Below the pieces are notes generated by a model that did no database searches, was not told the DNA's origin, and saw nothing but the letters and a program-made list of their open reading frames with translations. The position numbers were made by a program, and so were the translations under genes. A DNA stretch of 64,000 bases, from NCBI GenBank assembly GCA_043808155.1, contig JAZDFD010000028.1, positions 17,870 through 81,869 of the forward strand, in the 5' to 3' direction. Below, one piece after another: positions 9,225 to 20,627 of the stretch (the stretch's first letter is position 1; every line of letters starts with the position of its first letter). Source of the DNA: Candidatus Iainarchaeum sp. Its GTDB lineage: Archaea; Iainarchaeota; Iainarchaeia; Iainarchaeales; JAZDFD01.

Positions 9225-10691
9225 TTGGATGGATGGCCGATTATAGATTCATATTTCCGTGACAGGAATCTGGCAAAAATGGAAATTGATTCATTTAATC
9301 AGTTTGTAGAAAAGAAACTTGATGAAATCATAGATGAGAACAAGGAAATTATTCCTAAAATTGAAGAAGTTAAAATTGAGCTTTCAGAAATTAAAATTGA
9401 TAAACCAAGAATTGTTGAAGCAGATGGAAGTCCCAGAACACAATTTTACCCAATGGAAGCAAGGTTGAGAAACAGAACCTATGCAGGGCCTTTATTTCTA
9501 ACAATGAAACTTCTCAGAAGAGATGTTGAACAGGATGTTAAAACTACTTATATTGGTGATCTTCCAATAATGCTTAAATCAGATATGTGCTGGTTAAACG
9601 GAAAAAACGATGAAGAACTAATGGAAATGGGCGAAGACCCAAAAGATTTCGGTGGTTACTTTATTGTAAACGGTTCTGAAAAAGCATTGATGACACAGGA
9701 AGTTCTGGCATCAGACAGAGTATTAATTTCAGAACAGGACGCAAAAGGAGTTGTATCCGAAGTAATTTCTACAAAGGGCGCATTTAAAGGAAGAATCAGA
9801 ATTTCCAGAAAACCTGACGGACTTTTGCATGTTACATTCCCTGCGTCTCCAAAAAAGCTCGGATTGTTTACATTAATGAAAGCATTGGGATTGAAAACCC
9901 AGAAAGATATAAGAGGCGCATTTGGTGAAAGCAAGGAAATTGACAATGATATTTTAATCAACTGGGAAAACTGCGAAATCCGAAATGAAGAAGAAGCACT
10001 TGACAAGATTGGAAAGTTTGTTGCACCAGGACAGGTAATTGATTACAGACTCAAAAGAGCACAGGAAGTTATTGATGCATTCTTGCTTCCGCACATTGGG
10101 CAGGAAAAAGAAGCAAGACTTGCAAAGGCATATTACCTGGGAATGATGGCAACAAAAGCAATTGAAAGAGCACACGGATTACGTGGGGAAGATGACAAAG
10201 ATCACTACGCAAACAAAAGATTAGAGTTAAGCGGAAAATTAATGGAACACTTATTCAGATATTCATTCAAATACTTTGTAAAAGATTTGAGATTCCAAAT
10301 TGACAGAACTATTACAAGAAGAAGAAAATTAAATATTGCAACAGTTGTAAGACCTGGTGCAGTAACTGAAAGAATTAAATTTGCAATGAGCACAGGAAAC
10401 TGGATTGGAAGAGCAACTGGTGTTTCTAAATTTATGGACCGTGTAAATTACTTAAGTCCATTAACGGATTTGAGAAAAGTTAAAAGTCCTTTGAATAAAA
10501 ACAGAGAATTATATGAAGCACGTGATGTGCACGGAACCCATTGGGGAAGATTAGACCCAATTGAAACTCCTGATGGTCCGCAGTGTGGTTTAGTTAAGAA
10601 TTTATGTTTAATGGCAGAAGTGACAACAGAAACAGATGAAGCGCCAATTGAAGAATTTTTGAAAAATAAGGGCGTTGCATTGAGAAAGTAG
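9225..10691 (+). CDS. rpoB2: RNA polymerase subunit B'' (Rpo2N)
   Basis: PMEARLRNRTY, GGYFIVNGSEK, DKDHYANKRL, ETPDGPQCGLVKNL; TTG start after GGTGAT. Confidence 0.95.
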   Translation: MDGWPIIDSYFRDRNLAKMEIDSFNQFVEKKLDEIIDENKEIIPKIEEVKIELSEIKIDKPRIVEADGSPRTQFYPMEARLRNRTYAGPLFLTMKLLRRDVEQDVKTTYIGDLPIMLKSDMCWLNGKNDEELMEMGEDPKDFGGYFIVNGSEKALMTQEVLASDRVLISEQDAKGVVSEVISTKGAFKGRIRISRKPDGLLHVTFPASPKKLGLFTLMKALGLKTQKDIRGAFGESKEIDNDILINWENCEIRNEEEALDKIGKFVAPGQVIDYRLKRAQEVIDAFLLPHIGQEKEARLAKAYYLGMMATKAIERAHGLRGEDDKDHYANKRLELSGKLMEHLFRYSFKYFVKDLRFQIDRTITRRRKLNIATVVRPGAVTERIKFAMSTGNWIGRATGVSKFMDRVNYLSPLTDLRKVKSPLNKNRELYEARDVHGTHWGRLDPIETPDGPQCGLVKNLCLMAEVTTETDEAPIEEFLKNKGVALRK

Positions 10692-10699
10692 GTGTTTTG

Positions 10700-12520
10700 A
10701 TGGCGAGCAGAGCAAAAGTGTATATTAACGGTCGATTAATTGGTTTCTATGATGATGGAATCAAATTGACTGAAGAACTTATCCGAGCAAGACGTGAGGG
10801 AAAATTGAGTCATCTTGCAAATATTGCACATCACAAAGACACTAATGAAATTTATATTAACACAGATGCGGGAAGAGTACAAAGACCACTTATTATTGTA
10901 GAAAAAGGAAAATCAAAAATAACACAGGACCAGTTGAACAAATTAAAAGAAGGAAAATTAGGCTGGGACGATTTAATAAAAGCAGGTGCAATTGAATATT
11001 TAGATTCTGAAGAAGAAGAAAATGCATATGTTGCAATTGACGAAGACGCATTAACAAAAGATCATACACATCTGGAAATTAACCCTGCAGGAATGTTTAG
11101 TATTATTTCATCATTAATTCCGTTCTTACCGCACAACATGGCAGGTAAGGCACTGCACGGTGCAAAAATGTTTAAACAGGCAATTGGAATTCCCGGAATT
11201 AATTATAATTTGAGAACCGATACTGAAAGCTATTTACTTTATTATCCTGAAAAAAACATTGTAAGATCAAGAACAATGGATACTATTGAAATGGATAAGC
11301 GTCCTCAGAGCCAGAACTTTGTTGTTGCAATTATGCCTTTCGAAGGTTTCAATATGTTAGATGCACTTATTCTGAACAAAGGTGCAGTTGAACGTGGGCT
11401 TGGAAGATCATGCTATTTCAGAACATATGAAGCAGCAGAAACAAGATATCCTGGTGGACAAAAAGATACATTCGGAATCCCTGATGAAGAAACAGAAGGA
11501 TACTACGAAGATGAATTCTATAAAAACTTAGGGCCTGACGGTTTGATAAGAGTTGAATCAAAAATTGATGGTAAGGAAATTATTATTGGCAGAACATCAC
11601 CTCCAAGATTTTTAGAAGAAATTTCAGATTTCGGTGTTTCAAAAGAAAAAAGAAGAGAAAGCAGTATAACTGCAAGAAAAGGAACCATTGGATCTGTTGA
11701 CAAAGTAATGATTACTGAAAATGAAGACGGAAACAAACTTGCAAAAGTTAAAATAAGAAGCGAAATGTGGCCTGAAATCGGAGATAAATTCTCAAGCAGA
11801 CATGGTCAGAAGGGAGTTATTGGTGCAATAATTCCTGAAGAAGACATGCCATACACAATAAATGGAATCAAACCAGATATGATTTTGAATCCACACTCAA
11901 TTCCTTCAAGAATGACAATAGGGCATCTTCTTGAAATGCTTGGTGGAAAAGCAGCAAGTGTATCTGGAAAGTTTATCGATGGAACTCCATTCAATTCAGT
12001 TTCAAGAAAAGATATTGAAAAGATTCTGAATGAACATGGTTTTAGAAGTGATGGAAAAGAAGTATTTTATAATGGTTTTACTGGTGAAAGAATTGAAGGC
12101 GATATTTTTACGGGTATTTGTGCTTACAGAAGATTATTCCACATGGTTTCACACAAAGTACAGGCACGTTCAAGAGGTCCTGTGCAAATCTTAACAAGAC
12201 AGCCAACTGAAGGAAAAGAAAAAGAAGGTGGATTAAGATTTGGTGAGATGGAAGGTGAAACATTAGTAGGACACGGTGCCGCAATGCTCCTTCAGGAAAA
12301 GTTTATTGATGACTCTGATAAAACAACTGAATTAGTATGTGAAAAATGCGGAGTTATTGCAGTAAACGATGTCATAAGAAACAGAAAATTCTGTCCAACA
12401 TGCGGCGGAAGCAAAGTTTACGCAGTTGAGATGAGTTATGGTTTCAAATTATTACTTGATGAATTAAAAGCATTGGGTGTATTACCGCAATTAAAATTAG
12501 CGGATAAGGCGAGTGATTAA
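10700..12520 (+). CDS. rpoB1: RNA polymerase subunit B' (Rpo2C)
   Basis: GDKFSSRHGQKG, NPHSIPSRMT, GGLRFGEME, Zn ribbon. Confidence 0.95.
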   Translation: MASRAKVYINGRLIGFYDDGIKLTEELIRARREGKLSHLANIAHHKDTNEIYINTDAGRVQRPLIIVEKGKSKITQDQLNKLKEGKLGWDDLIKAGAIEYLDSEEEENAYVAIDEDALTKDHTHLEINPAGMFSIISSLIPFLPHNMAGKALHGAKMFKQAIGIPGINYNLRTDTESYLLYYPEKNIVRSRTMDTIEMDKRPQSQNFVVAIMPFEGFNMLDALILNKGAVERGLGRSCYFRTYEAAETRYPGGQKDTFGIPDEETEGYYEDEFYKNLGPDGLIRVESKIDGKEIIIGRTSPPRFLEEISDFGVSKEKRRESSITARKGTIGSVDKVMITENEDGNKLAKVKIRSEMWPEIGDKFSSRHGQKGVIGAIIPEEDMPYTINGIKPDMILNPHSIPSRMTIGHLLEMLGGKAASVSGKFIDGTPFNSVSRKDIEKILNEHGFRSDGKEVFYNGFTGERIEGDIFTGICAYRRLFHMVSHKVQARSRGPVQILTRQPTEGKEKEGGLRFGEMEGETLVGHGAAMLLQEKFIDDSDKTTELVCEKCGVIAVNDVIRNRKFCPTCGGSKVYAVEMSYGFKLLLDELKALGVLPQLKLADKASD

Positions 12521-12521
12521 A

Positions 12522-15158
12522 ATGCTGATGAAAAAAATTTCCGCAGTTCAATTCAGAATTCTTAGTCCACAGATTATAAGAAAAATGTCAACAATGGAAG
12601 TTAAGACACCTGATACTTATGATAAAGATGGTTATCCGATGGAAGGCGGACTTATGGATCCGCACCTAGGTGTGATTAATCCTGGTTTAAGATGTAAAAC
12701 ATGCGGACAAAAAATGAAAGAATGTCCAGGTCACTTCGGAAGTCTGGAATTAATAAGACCTGTTATTCATTCAGAATTTGGAAGGAAGTTAGAAATATTA
12801 ATGCACGCAACATGCCAGACATGCGGAAGAATCACTCTCCCTGCTAAAGATTTAGAAAAATTAAGAGAAGAATCAAAAGGAAAAGCAAGAGATCTTTCAA
12901 AGAAAATTGTTCTTAAAGCAAAAAAAGTCAAAAAATGCCAGCATTGTGGTGGCATCAAAGGATTAGTTATGCTTGATAAACCAACAAACTTTTTCTTAGA
13001 CAAAGACAGAATTTATCCAACTCAGATAAGGGAATGGATTGAAAAAATACCTGACAGTGATTTAATGCTGTTTGGTTATAATACTGAACACATAAGACCT
13101 GAGTGGTTTATACTTACAGTTATGCCTGTTCCGCCAATTACAATAAGACCGTCCATTACACTGGAATCGGGAATAAAATCAGAAGATGATTTAACACACA
13201 AATTAGTTGATATTATCAGAATTAATATGCGATTGAAAGACAACATTGATGCAGGTGCACCACAATTAATTATTGAGGATTTGTGGGATTTGCTCCAGTA
13301 TCATGTTACAACTTATTATGATAATAACACCGCAGGTGTTCCACCTGCAAAGCACAGAAGTGGACGTGCATTAAGAACAATTATACAGAGACTGAAAGGT
13401 AAGAAAGGAAGATTCAGACACAATCTTACAGGTAAGAGAGTTAACTTTGCAGCACGTTCTACAATTACACCTGATCCTTTTATTTCAATTAATGAGGTCG
13501 GAATTCCGGAAATGGTTGCAAATGAATTAACAGTACCGGAACACGTAAGTGAATGGAACAAAGAAGAAATTAAAAAACTGATAAAAAATACTGACAAAGT
13601 AGTTTACATCATAAGACCAAATGGTCAGAGAAGAAAACTTAATAAGGAAAACATAGCTGAAATCTTAGAAGAATTAGATGTTGGTTACAAAATTGAGAGA
13701 GTTTTAAGTAACGGAGATATTGTTCTTTTCAACAGACAGCCATCTTTGCATAGGTTGTCCATGATGGCACATAACGTAAGAGTTTTACCAGGTAAAACAT
13801 TCAGAATTAATCCTATTGTTTGTAAACCTTACAACGCAGATTTTGATGGAGATGAAATGAACGTACATGTTCCACAGACTGAAGAGGGTAAAACAGAAGC
13901 ACGTGAATTAATGTTTGTGCAAAATCATATTTTGAGCCCAAGATATGGTGCGCCTGTTATTATTTTAGATGAAGATGGTGTTTCCGGAATTTATATTTTA
14001 ACACACAGAACAACAACTTTTTCCAAAAAAGAAATGATGAAATATCTGTATGAAATGGGAATTGAAGAATTGCCAAAACCAGACAGGGGAAAAAGATATT
14101 CAGGAAAATCTTTGTTTTCATTCCTTTTACCAAAAGATTTGAATTTGGAATATAAAACAAAGAGCTGTAAAATAATCCAAAAAGCAAATCCATGCAAAGA
14201 ATGCACAAAAGAAAGATGCCCACATGATTGCTATGTGAAAATAAAAGATGGTCAATTAGTTAACGGGGTTATTGATGATGCAAGTCTTGGTGAAGGAATG
14301 GGTAGATTAGTTGATGCACTGGCAAGAAACTATGAACCAGCAGTAATTACAAATTTTTATGATAAAATATCAAAAGTTGTAAGTGATTTAGTAACTGTGA
14401 AAGGAATGACAGTTGGTTTAGATGAATATGAAGTAAGTGACAAAATTAAGAGAGCAAAAGAACGCGCAGTTCAGGAAGAACTGGAAAAAGCAGAAGAATT
14501 AGTTGCACTTTACAAAAAAGGAAAGTTAGACTTAATCCCAGGAAGAACACTGGAAGAAAGTTTTGAAATAAGAATGATGAGACTCGGTGCACAAATCAAA
14601 GATAAAATTGAAAGAGCACTTATGGAAGAGAGACTGCAGAGACTTGAAACAAACGGAAAATTAAGATTAGACAGTATGATTATGATTTTGAGTGGTTCCA
14701 GAGGAAGCAGTATTAACCTTATGAATATTGCAGGTTTCTGGGGTCAGGCATCCGTAAGAGAGGGGAGACCAAAGAGAGGATACACAAACAGATTAATAAC
14801 ATTGAATGAACCAAATGATGTTGGTGCAATTTCAGGTGGATTCATAAAATCAAACTTTATGGATGGAATGGAACCAAAAGAATACTTCTATCACAGTATG
14901 GGTGGAAGACAGGGTGAAGTTGACACTGGTGTTTCTACAAAGGTTTCAGGTTATCTGTACAGAAGACTTGCAAACTCACTGAAAGATTTGGTAATTTACA
15001 ATGATCATACTACAAGAACAGCTGCAAAAGAAATTGTACAATATAATTATGGTGACGATGGTGTTTTCCCAATGAAAACAGTACGCGGTAAAAATATTGA
15101 TATTGAAGAAGAGCTTACAAAAATGGAAACCCGTGAAAGGTTGAGTGGTAAAAAATGA
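12522..15158 (+). CDS. rpoA1: RNA polymerase subunit A' (Rpo1N)
   Basis: [23 protein letters not shown] catalytic motif. Confidence 0.97.
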   Translation: MLMKKISAVQFRILSPQIIRKMSTMEVKTPDTYDKDGYPMEGGLMDPHLGVINPGLRCKTCGQKMKECPGHFGSLELIRPVIHSEFGRKLEILMHATCQTCGRITLPAKDLEKLREESKGKARDLSKKIVLKAKKVKKCQHCGGIKGLVMLDKPTNFFLDKDRIYPTQIREWIEKIPDSDLMLFGYNTEHIRPEWFILTVMPVPPITIRPSITLESGIKSEDDLTHKLVDIIRINMRLKDNIDAGAPQLIIEDLWDLLQYHVTTYYDNNTAGVPPAKHRSGRALRTIIQRLKGKKGRFRHNLTGKRVNFAARSTITPDPFISINEVGIPEMVANELTVPEHVSEWNKEEIKKLIKNTDKVVYIIRPNGQRRKLNKENIAEILEELDVGYKIERVLSNGDIVLFNRQPSLHRLSMMAHNVRVLPGKTFRINPIVCKPYNADFDGDEMNVHVPQTEEGKTEARELMFVQNHILSPRYGAPVIILDEDGVSGIYILTHRTTTFSKKEMMKYLYEMGIEELPKPDRGKRYSGKSLFSFLLPKDLNLEYKTKSCKIIQKANPCKECTKERCPHDCYVKIKDGQLVNGVIDDASLGEGMGRLVDALARNYEPAVITNFYDKISKVVSDLVTVKGMTVGLDEYEVSDKIKRAKERAVQEELEKAEELVALYKKGKLDLIPGRTLEESFEIRMMRLGAQIKDKIERALMEERLQRLETNGKLRLDSMIMILSGSRGSSINLMNIAGFWGQASVREGRPKRGYTNRLITLNEPNDVGAISGGFIKSNFMDGMEPKEYFYHSMGGRQGEVDTGVSTKVSGYLYRRLANSLKDLVIYNDHTTRTAAKEIVQYNYGDDGVFPMKTVRGKNIDIEEELTKMETRERLSGKK

Positions 15159-16444
15159 CTGCAAAAAAAGAAACAATTAAGAAAGCAGCTGCAACGAAGA
15201 CAGTAGTGAAGGTAACTAAAGCAATGGTAAAAACAACTGCTAAAACTGACAAAACCGAAAAGACAAAGAAAAAAACAAAAGCAGAAATAAAAGAAAATGA
15301 AATTGAATCCAGTTATAAAGAAGAACTCTGGGAAAGTTCACCAATACCAAAAATCGTGCTTGATGAAATTGCAATACTTGCAGAAAATAAAAAACTTTCA
15401 AAAGAAAAAACAGACAGACTTATTGATCAGGTTAAACACAGATGGAACTGGCTTAAGGCTGAGCCTGGTGAATGTGTTGGAATAATTGCAGCACAAAGTT
15501 TAGGTGAACCAGGAACACAGTTAACACTAAGAACAAAGCACTATGCAGGTGCTGCTGAAGTTTCCGTTGGTTCAGGAATTCAGAGAGTTGAGGAAATTGT
15601 TGATGGTAGAAGCAAAGCAAAATATCCTACAATGACAATTTACTTAAATGATGACATCAGAGGGAATGAGGCAGCTGCAACAAAGTTTGCAAAATTATTA
15701 ATTGATGTCAGAATTCAGGATGTTGTAAAATTATACGAGGATTTTGAGAAAAATAAATTTACACTTGAACTGTTAGAAGATGAAATTAAAGACAGAAATT
15801 TTGATGAAAAAGAACTTCTTGAAATAATAAAAGAAAATGTTAAAGGCGTGAAAGGAAAGCAGAGAAAAAATACTATTGAATTTGAATTCCCTTCAAAAGA
15901 ACCGCTCTTGAAAATAAGAAAAATTATTTTGAAACTTATGAAAGTGAAAGTTCACGGAATTAAAGGAATTGACAAAACAATTGTTTCTGAAAAAAACGGA
16001 GAATACAGAATTAAAACATCCGGAAGCAACCTTAAAGCAGTTCTAAAGATGAAAGAAATTGACCCCACAAGAACAATCACAAATGACATTATGGAAATAT
16101 GTAAAGTTTTGGGTTTAGAAGCAGGAAGAAGAATGGTTGTGCAGGAATTAACAAGAACACTTGATGAAAATGATATTCGTGTTGATGTAAGACACCATAT
16201 ACTTTTAGCAGATGCCATGACATTCCAGGGAGAAATCAAAGGAATTGTCAGAACAGGAATTACAAGAGGCAAAAGCAGTCCTTTCGCAAGAGCGGCATTT
16301 GAAGAAACCACAAAACATTTGCTTGATGCGGCATTCAAAGGCGAAGTGGAATATTTACAGGGTGTTGTTGAAAACATCATAGTTGGACAGCCGATTAAAG
16401 TTGGTACTGGAATCGTGGAATTAGTTATGAGAGAACAGAAATAG
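15155..16444 (+). CDS. rpoA2: RNA polymerase subunit A'' (Rpo1C) with Lys/Thr-rich N-terminal extension
   Basis: [10 protein letters not shown] trigger-loop region, [17 protein letters not shown]. Confidence 0.95.
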   Translation: MTAKKETIKKAAATKTVVKVTKAMVKTTAKTDKTEKTKKKTKAEIKENEIESSYKEELWESSPIPKIVLDEIAILAENKKLSKEKTDRLIDQVKHRWNWLKAEPGECVGIIAAQSLGEPGTQLTLRTKHYAGAAEVSVGSGIQRVEEIVDGRSKAKYPTMTIYLNDDIRGNEAAATKFAKLLIDVRIQDVVKLYEDFEKNKFTLELLEDEIKDRNFDEKELLEIIKENVKGVKGKQRKNTIEFEFPSKEPLLKIRKIILKLMKVKVHGIKGIDKTIVSEKNGEYRIKTSGSNLKAVLKMKEIDPTRTITNDIMEICKVLGLEAGRRMVVQELTRTLDENDIRVDVRHHILLADAMTFQGEIKGIVRTGITRGKSSPFARAAFEETTKHLLDAAFKGEVEYLQGVVENIIVGQPIKVGTGIVELVMREQK

Positions 16445-16454
16445 GTGAGTAAAG

Positions 16455-16757
16455 ATGAGCATAGATGCAAACAAGGAAATCAGAAGAGCAGTAGACACTG
16501 GAAAAACAATTATGGGTGTACGTGAAAGTGAAAAAAACATATTAAACGGGAAATCAAAACTTATTATTATGAGTGAAAATATTCCTCAAGATGTTTCTGA
16601 AAGAATTGAAAGTTTGTGCAAAACCTCAGAAATTGCGTTATACAAATACAAAGGAACCAGCATGTCACTAGGTTCAGTATGCGGAAAACCATTTCCAATA
16701 GCAGTAATGTCAATTGAAAGCACAGGGAAAAGCAAAGTTTCAGAATTAAGTAAGTGA
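16455..16757 (+). CDS. rpl30e: Ribosomal protein eL30
   Basis: AVDTGK, LGSVCGKPF; synteny. Confidence 0.93.
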   Translation: MSIDANKEIRRAVDTGKTIMGVRESEKNILNGKSKLIIMSENIPQDVSERIESLCKTSEIALYKYKGTSMSLGSVCGKPFPIAVMSIESTGKSKVSELSK

Positions 16758-16779
16758 CTATCAGTATAACGTGGATAAT

Positions 16780-17193
16780 ATGAAAATTAGTAACGAAGAA
16801 ATATTGTATATTAATGCGCTTTCAAATGCGTCTAATGTAACTGCAAAAGATTGTCTCATCGGAGAAGGTGTGATTTCTTTTTTGGTTAACGGGAAAGATC
16901 TTGGAAAAGCAATAGGTAAAAATGCTTCAACAGTCAAAACTTTAAGTCAGAAACTTAAAAAAAATGTTGAAATATTTGGATATTTTAAAGAAGTCAAAGA
17001 ATTCATTAAAAAGGCATTTCACAATGTTAAAATTGATGACATAGAAATAAAAGAAAATAATGAATCAAAGGAAGTTCTGCTTTCAGTTGACTTCGAAAAC
17101 AAGAGAAAACTCTTTTCAAACAGAAAAAGGATGGACAGAATCAAACAAATCTTAGAAAGGAATTATAAGGTTACAGGGATAAGGATTAAATAA
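16780..17193 (+). CDS. nusA: Archaeal NusA (KH domains)
   Basis: [10 protein letters not shown] motif; conserved position between L30e and S12. Confidence 0.88.
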   Translation: MKISNEEILYINALSNASNVTAKDCLIGEGVISFLVNGKDLGKAIGKNASTVKTLSQKLKKNVEIFGYFKEVKEFIKKAFHNVKIDDIEIKENNESKEVLLSVDFENKRKLFSNRKRMDRIKQILERNYKVTGIRIK

Positions 17194-17230
17194 AGTATCT
17201 GTAAAGAAAATATGTTTAAATGGTGAAATT

Positions 17231-17665
17231 ATGGCAAAAGGTGAATTTTCAGCAAAACAGCTTGAGAAAAAGCGAAAGAAGTGGAAATGGAAAAAGAAAA
17301 CCTATAGACAGGCAAAATTAAATCCTAAGAAAGCGAAAAAACAGGATTTGCTTGAGGGTTCACCACAGGCACGCGGAATTGTTATTGAAAAGCGTGGAGT
17401 TACAGCAAGACAGCCAAACTCAGGAATCAGAAAATGTGTAAGAGTTCAGCTTATCAAAAACAGCAGACAGTTAACTGCAATGGCACCCTTTGATGGTGCA
17501 ATTAAGTATATTGATGAACACGATGAAGTTTTGGTTGAAGGTATTGGCGGTTCAAAAGGAAGTGCAAAAGGAGACCTTTGGGGTGTGAAATACAAAGTTA
17601 TTAAAGTAAATAATCAAAGTTTGGAAATGCTCAGAACAGGAAAGAAAGAGAAGGTTAAGAGGTAA
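17231..17665 (+). CDS. rps12: Ribosomal protein uS12
   Basis: [21 protein letters not shown]. Confidence 0.95.
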   Translation: MAKGEFSAKQLEKKRKKWKWKKKTYRQAKLNPKKAKKQDLLEGSPQARGIVIEKRGVTARQPNSGIRKCVRVQLIKNSRQLTAMAPFDGAIKYIDEHDEVLVEGIGGSKGSAKGDLWGVKYKVIKVNNQSLEMLRTGKKEKVKR

Positions 17666-17670
17666 TTAAA

Positions 17671-18276
17671 ATGACTACAAGGATTTTTAACAAATGGGAC
17701 ACTGTAGATGTGAAAGTGAATGATTTAGGAATCGCTAATTACATTATGCTTGACACAAAAATAATTCCTCATACTTTCGGTAAAGGCACAAGAAAAAGAT
17801 TTGCAAAGGGCAGTGTTAATGTTGTTGAAAGACTTGTAAACAAACTCATGCGTTCAGGTCAGGGAAAACGAAAGATGAGTGGTAAATACATCCGAGGACG
17901 CGGTGGATGCGGAAAAAAATTACAAGCACTGAATATTGTTGAAAATGCATTTGAAATAGTTGAAAATAAAACAAAAACAAATCCTGTTCAGGTTTTAGTA
18001 GATGCAATTGCAAACGCATCTCCAAGAGAAGACACCACAAGAATTAAGAAAGGTGGAATCAGCTATGCACAAGCAGTAGATGTTGCACCAATGAACAGAG
18101 TAGATGAAGCAATTAAAAATATTGCATTATCAGCTTTTGCTGGTTCGTTCAAAAATAAACGTTCACCTGCAGATGCATTAGCAGAAGAACTTATACTTGC
18201 ATCAAAAGGCGACGTGAAGAGTTTCTCAGTAAAAAGAAGAGACGAAATTGAAAGAATTGCAAAGAGCTCTAGATAA
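17671..18276 (+). CDS. rps7: Ribosomal protein uS7
   Basis: NPVQVLVDAI, PREDTTRI, EIERIAKSSR. Confidence 0.95.
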   Translation: MTTRIFNKWDTVDVKVNDLGIANYIMLDTKIIPHTFGKGTRKRFAKGSVNVVERLVNKLMRSGQGKRKMSGKYIRGRGGCGKKLQALNIVENAFEIVENKTKTNPVQVLVDAIANASPREDTTRIKKGGISYAQAVDVAPMNRVDEAIKNIALSAFAGSFKNKRSPADALAEELILASKGDVKSFSVKRRDEIERIAKSSR

Positions 18277-18304
18277 GTAGTGAAGTTTGTTATGGTGAGT
18301 TATA

Positions 18305-20497
18305 ATGGCTAAGAAAGAAGACGTTGTTGCAATGGCAGCAAAGCTTATGGGGAACAGACAGAACATCCGAAACCTCGGTATTGTTGCACATATTGATCAT
18401 GGAAAAACTACAATGACAGACTCATTAGTTGCATCTTCAGGATTAATTTCTGAAGAATTAGCAGGCAAACAGCTTTTCATGGATCACTATGAATTAGAGC
18501 AGGAAAGAGGAATAACAATTAATGCAGCAAATATTTCAATAACTCACAATTATAACAACCAAGAATATTTGATTAATATTATTGATACACCAGGACACAT
18601 TGACTTTGGTGGAGATGTTATCAGAGCAATGCGTGCTGTTGACGGTGTAATTGTTGTTGTTGATGCAGTTGAAGGTGTTATGCCTCAGACTGAAACTGTA
18701 ATAAGACAGGCATTGAAAGAATATGTTAAACCAGTTTTATTCATTAACAAAGTTGACAGATTAATTAATGAACTGCAGGTAACTCAGGAAGAAATGCAGC
18801 AGAGATTTGTAAAAACAATTGCCGGCGTAACAAATCTGATTAAGAAAAACATTCCAAAAGAATTTGGAAATGAATGGATCCCTAATGTTGAAAACGGATC
18901 AGTTGTATTTGGATCAGGATATTACAAATGGGCAATTTCAGTTCCGCAAATGAAAAAAAAGAATATATCATTCAAAGATATTTATGATCATTTAAAACAG
19001 GAAAAACAGAAAGAACTTAGCAAGAAAATTCCTCTTGCTGAACCAATGCTTGAGATGGTTATTAATCACTTGCCTAATCCATTAACAGCACAAAAATACA
19101 GAACACAGGCAATATGGAAAGGAGACATTGAAAGTGAAGTTGGGAAAGCTATGATGACTTGTGACCCAAATGGTCCTTTTTCAATGATGGTTACAGATGT
19201 GTCTGTTGATCAGCATGCAGGAGATGTTGCAACAGGGAGAATTTATTCAGGAACTTTAAGAAAAGGTTCAAGAGTAAAACTTATTGGTGGGCAGAAAGAA
19301 GCAGTAATTCAGCAGGTCGGTGTGTTCATGGGCCCAGAAAGAGTTCCAATGGACGAAGTATCTGCAGGAAATATTGCAGCATTAGTTGGGTTAAGAGATG
19401 TTTATACTGGTGAAACACTTTCAAGTGTTGATATGTCTGAATTTGAAAGCTTCAAATCAACAACAGAACCAGTTATTACTATTAGTGTTGAAGCAAAACA
19501 CACAAAAGATTTACCAAAACTAATTGAAGTTTTAAGACAAATTACAAAGGAAGACCCGAATGTAATAGCATCACTTAATCAGGAAACAGGCGAACATCTA
19601 ATTTCAGGAATGGGTGAACTTCACCTGGAGGTTACACAGCACAGAATAAGCCACGATCACAAAGTTGAGATTAATGTTGGTAATCCAATTGTTGTTTACA
19701 GAGAAACTATAAATAATGAATCTGATATTTTAGAAGGTAAAAGTCCTAACAAACACAACAAACTGAAAATGTATGTTGAGAGATTGCCTGATGAAATTAT
19801 TGAAAAATTAAAAGATACAAAGCTTGAAGGAAAACTAAAAGCAAAAGACAAAGAAGTTGTTGCAAAATTAGAAGAAGCAGGCTTTGGACGGGATGAAGCA
19901 AAGAAAGTGTGGGCAATACACAACAATTGTGTGTTGGTGGACATGACACGTGGTATTCAGGCATTGCACGAAATTAAAGAACTTGTTATTGAGGGATTTA
20001 TTGATGCCATGAAACAGGGGCCACTAGCAAAAGAAAAATGCTTTGGGGTAAAAGTTATACTAGATGATGCAAAATTACACGAAGATGCAATTCACAGAGG
20101 ACCTGCACAGATTCTTCCAGTAATGACAAGAACAATTTACGCATGTATGCTTTCAGCAGACCCAGTACTTCTTGAACCTAAACAAATTCTTACTTTAAGT
20201 GTTCCGGAAGATAATTTGGGTTCTGCATCAAAAGAATTGAGTTCCAGAAGAACACAAATTAATGAGATGAGAACTGAAGGTGACTCAAATATCATTATTG
20301 CAAAAGTCCCTGTAAAAGAAATGATTGGGTTTTCACAATCAATAAGAGGTGCAACCCAAGGACGTGCACTCTGGACTGCAGAATATGCTGGTTACGAAGA
20401 ATTACCAAGAGAACTTCAGCATAATGTTGTTACGGAAGTAAGAAAGAGAAAAGGAATGGACCCAACAGTAAAACCATACCATTTCTTTTTGGAATAA
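18305..20497 (+). CDS. fusA: Elongation factor aEF-2
   Basis: AHIDHGKTT, ERGITI, DTPGH, diphthamide loop HEDAIHRGPAQ. Confidence 0.97.
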   Translation: MAKKEDVVAMAAKLMGNRQNIRNLGIVAHIDHGKTTMTDSLVASSGLISEELAGKQLFMDHYELEQERGITINAANISITHNYNNQEYLINIIDTPGHIDFGGDVIRAMRAVDGVIVVVDAVEGVMPQTETVIRQALKEYVKPVLFINKVDRLINELQVTQEEMQQRFVKTIAGVTNLIKKNIPKEFGNEWIPNVENGSVVFGSGYYKWAISVPQMKKKNISFKDIYDHLKQEKQKELSKKIPLAEPMLEMVINHLPNPLTAQKYRTQAIWKGDIESEVGKAMMTCDPNGPFSMMVTDVSVDQHAGDVATGRIYSGTLRKGSRVKLIGGQKEAVIQQVGVFMGPERVPMDEVSAGNIAALVGLRDVYTGETLSSVDMSEFESFKSTTEPVITISVEAKHTKDLPKLIEVLRQITKEDPNVIASLNQETGEHLISGMGELHLEVTQHRISHDHKVEINVGNPIVVYRETINNESDILEGKSPNKHNKLKMYVERLPDEIIEKLKDTKLEGKLKAKDKEVVAKLEEAGFGRDEAKKVWAIHNNCVLVDMTRGIQALHEIKELVIEGFIDAMKQGPLAKEKCFGVKVILDDAKLHEDAIHRGPAQILPVMTRTIYACMLSADPVLLEPKQILTLSVPEDNLGSASKELSSRRTQINEMRTEGDSNIIIAKVPVKEMIGFSQSIRGATQGRALWTAEYAGYEELPRELQHNVVTEVRKRKGMDPTVKPYHFFLE

Positions 20498-20627
20498 AGT
20501 CGGAGGTATGCATATTTAAATATTGTGTTATAGATTATATATTGCGGAAATGGCTAAATGGGGGGCATATTCGGCATTTAACACAAATATTTAGAAATAA
20601 TTTGATATTTATTGGAGGGAGGAGATT

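Noticed and set aside
9225-16444. Split rpoB and rpoA as a novelty
   Set aside because: The A'/A'' split is standard in most archaea and the B''/B' split is known in many lineages.
20070-20110. Loss of the diphthamide site in EF-2
   Set aside because: The HEDAIHRGPAQ motif is intact.
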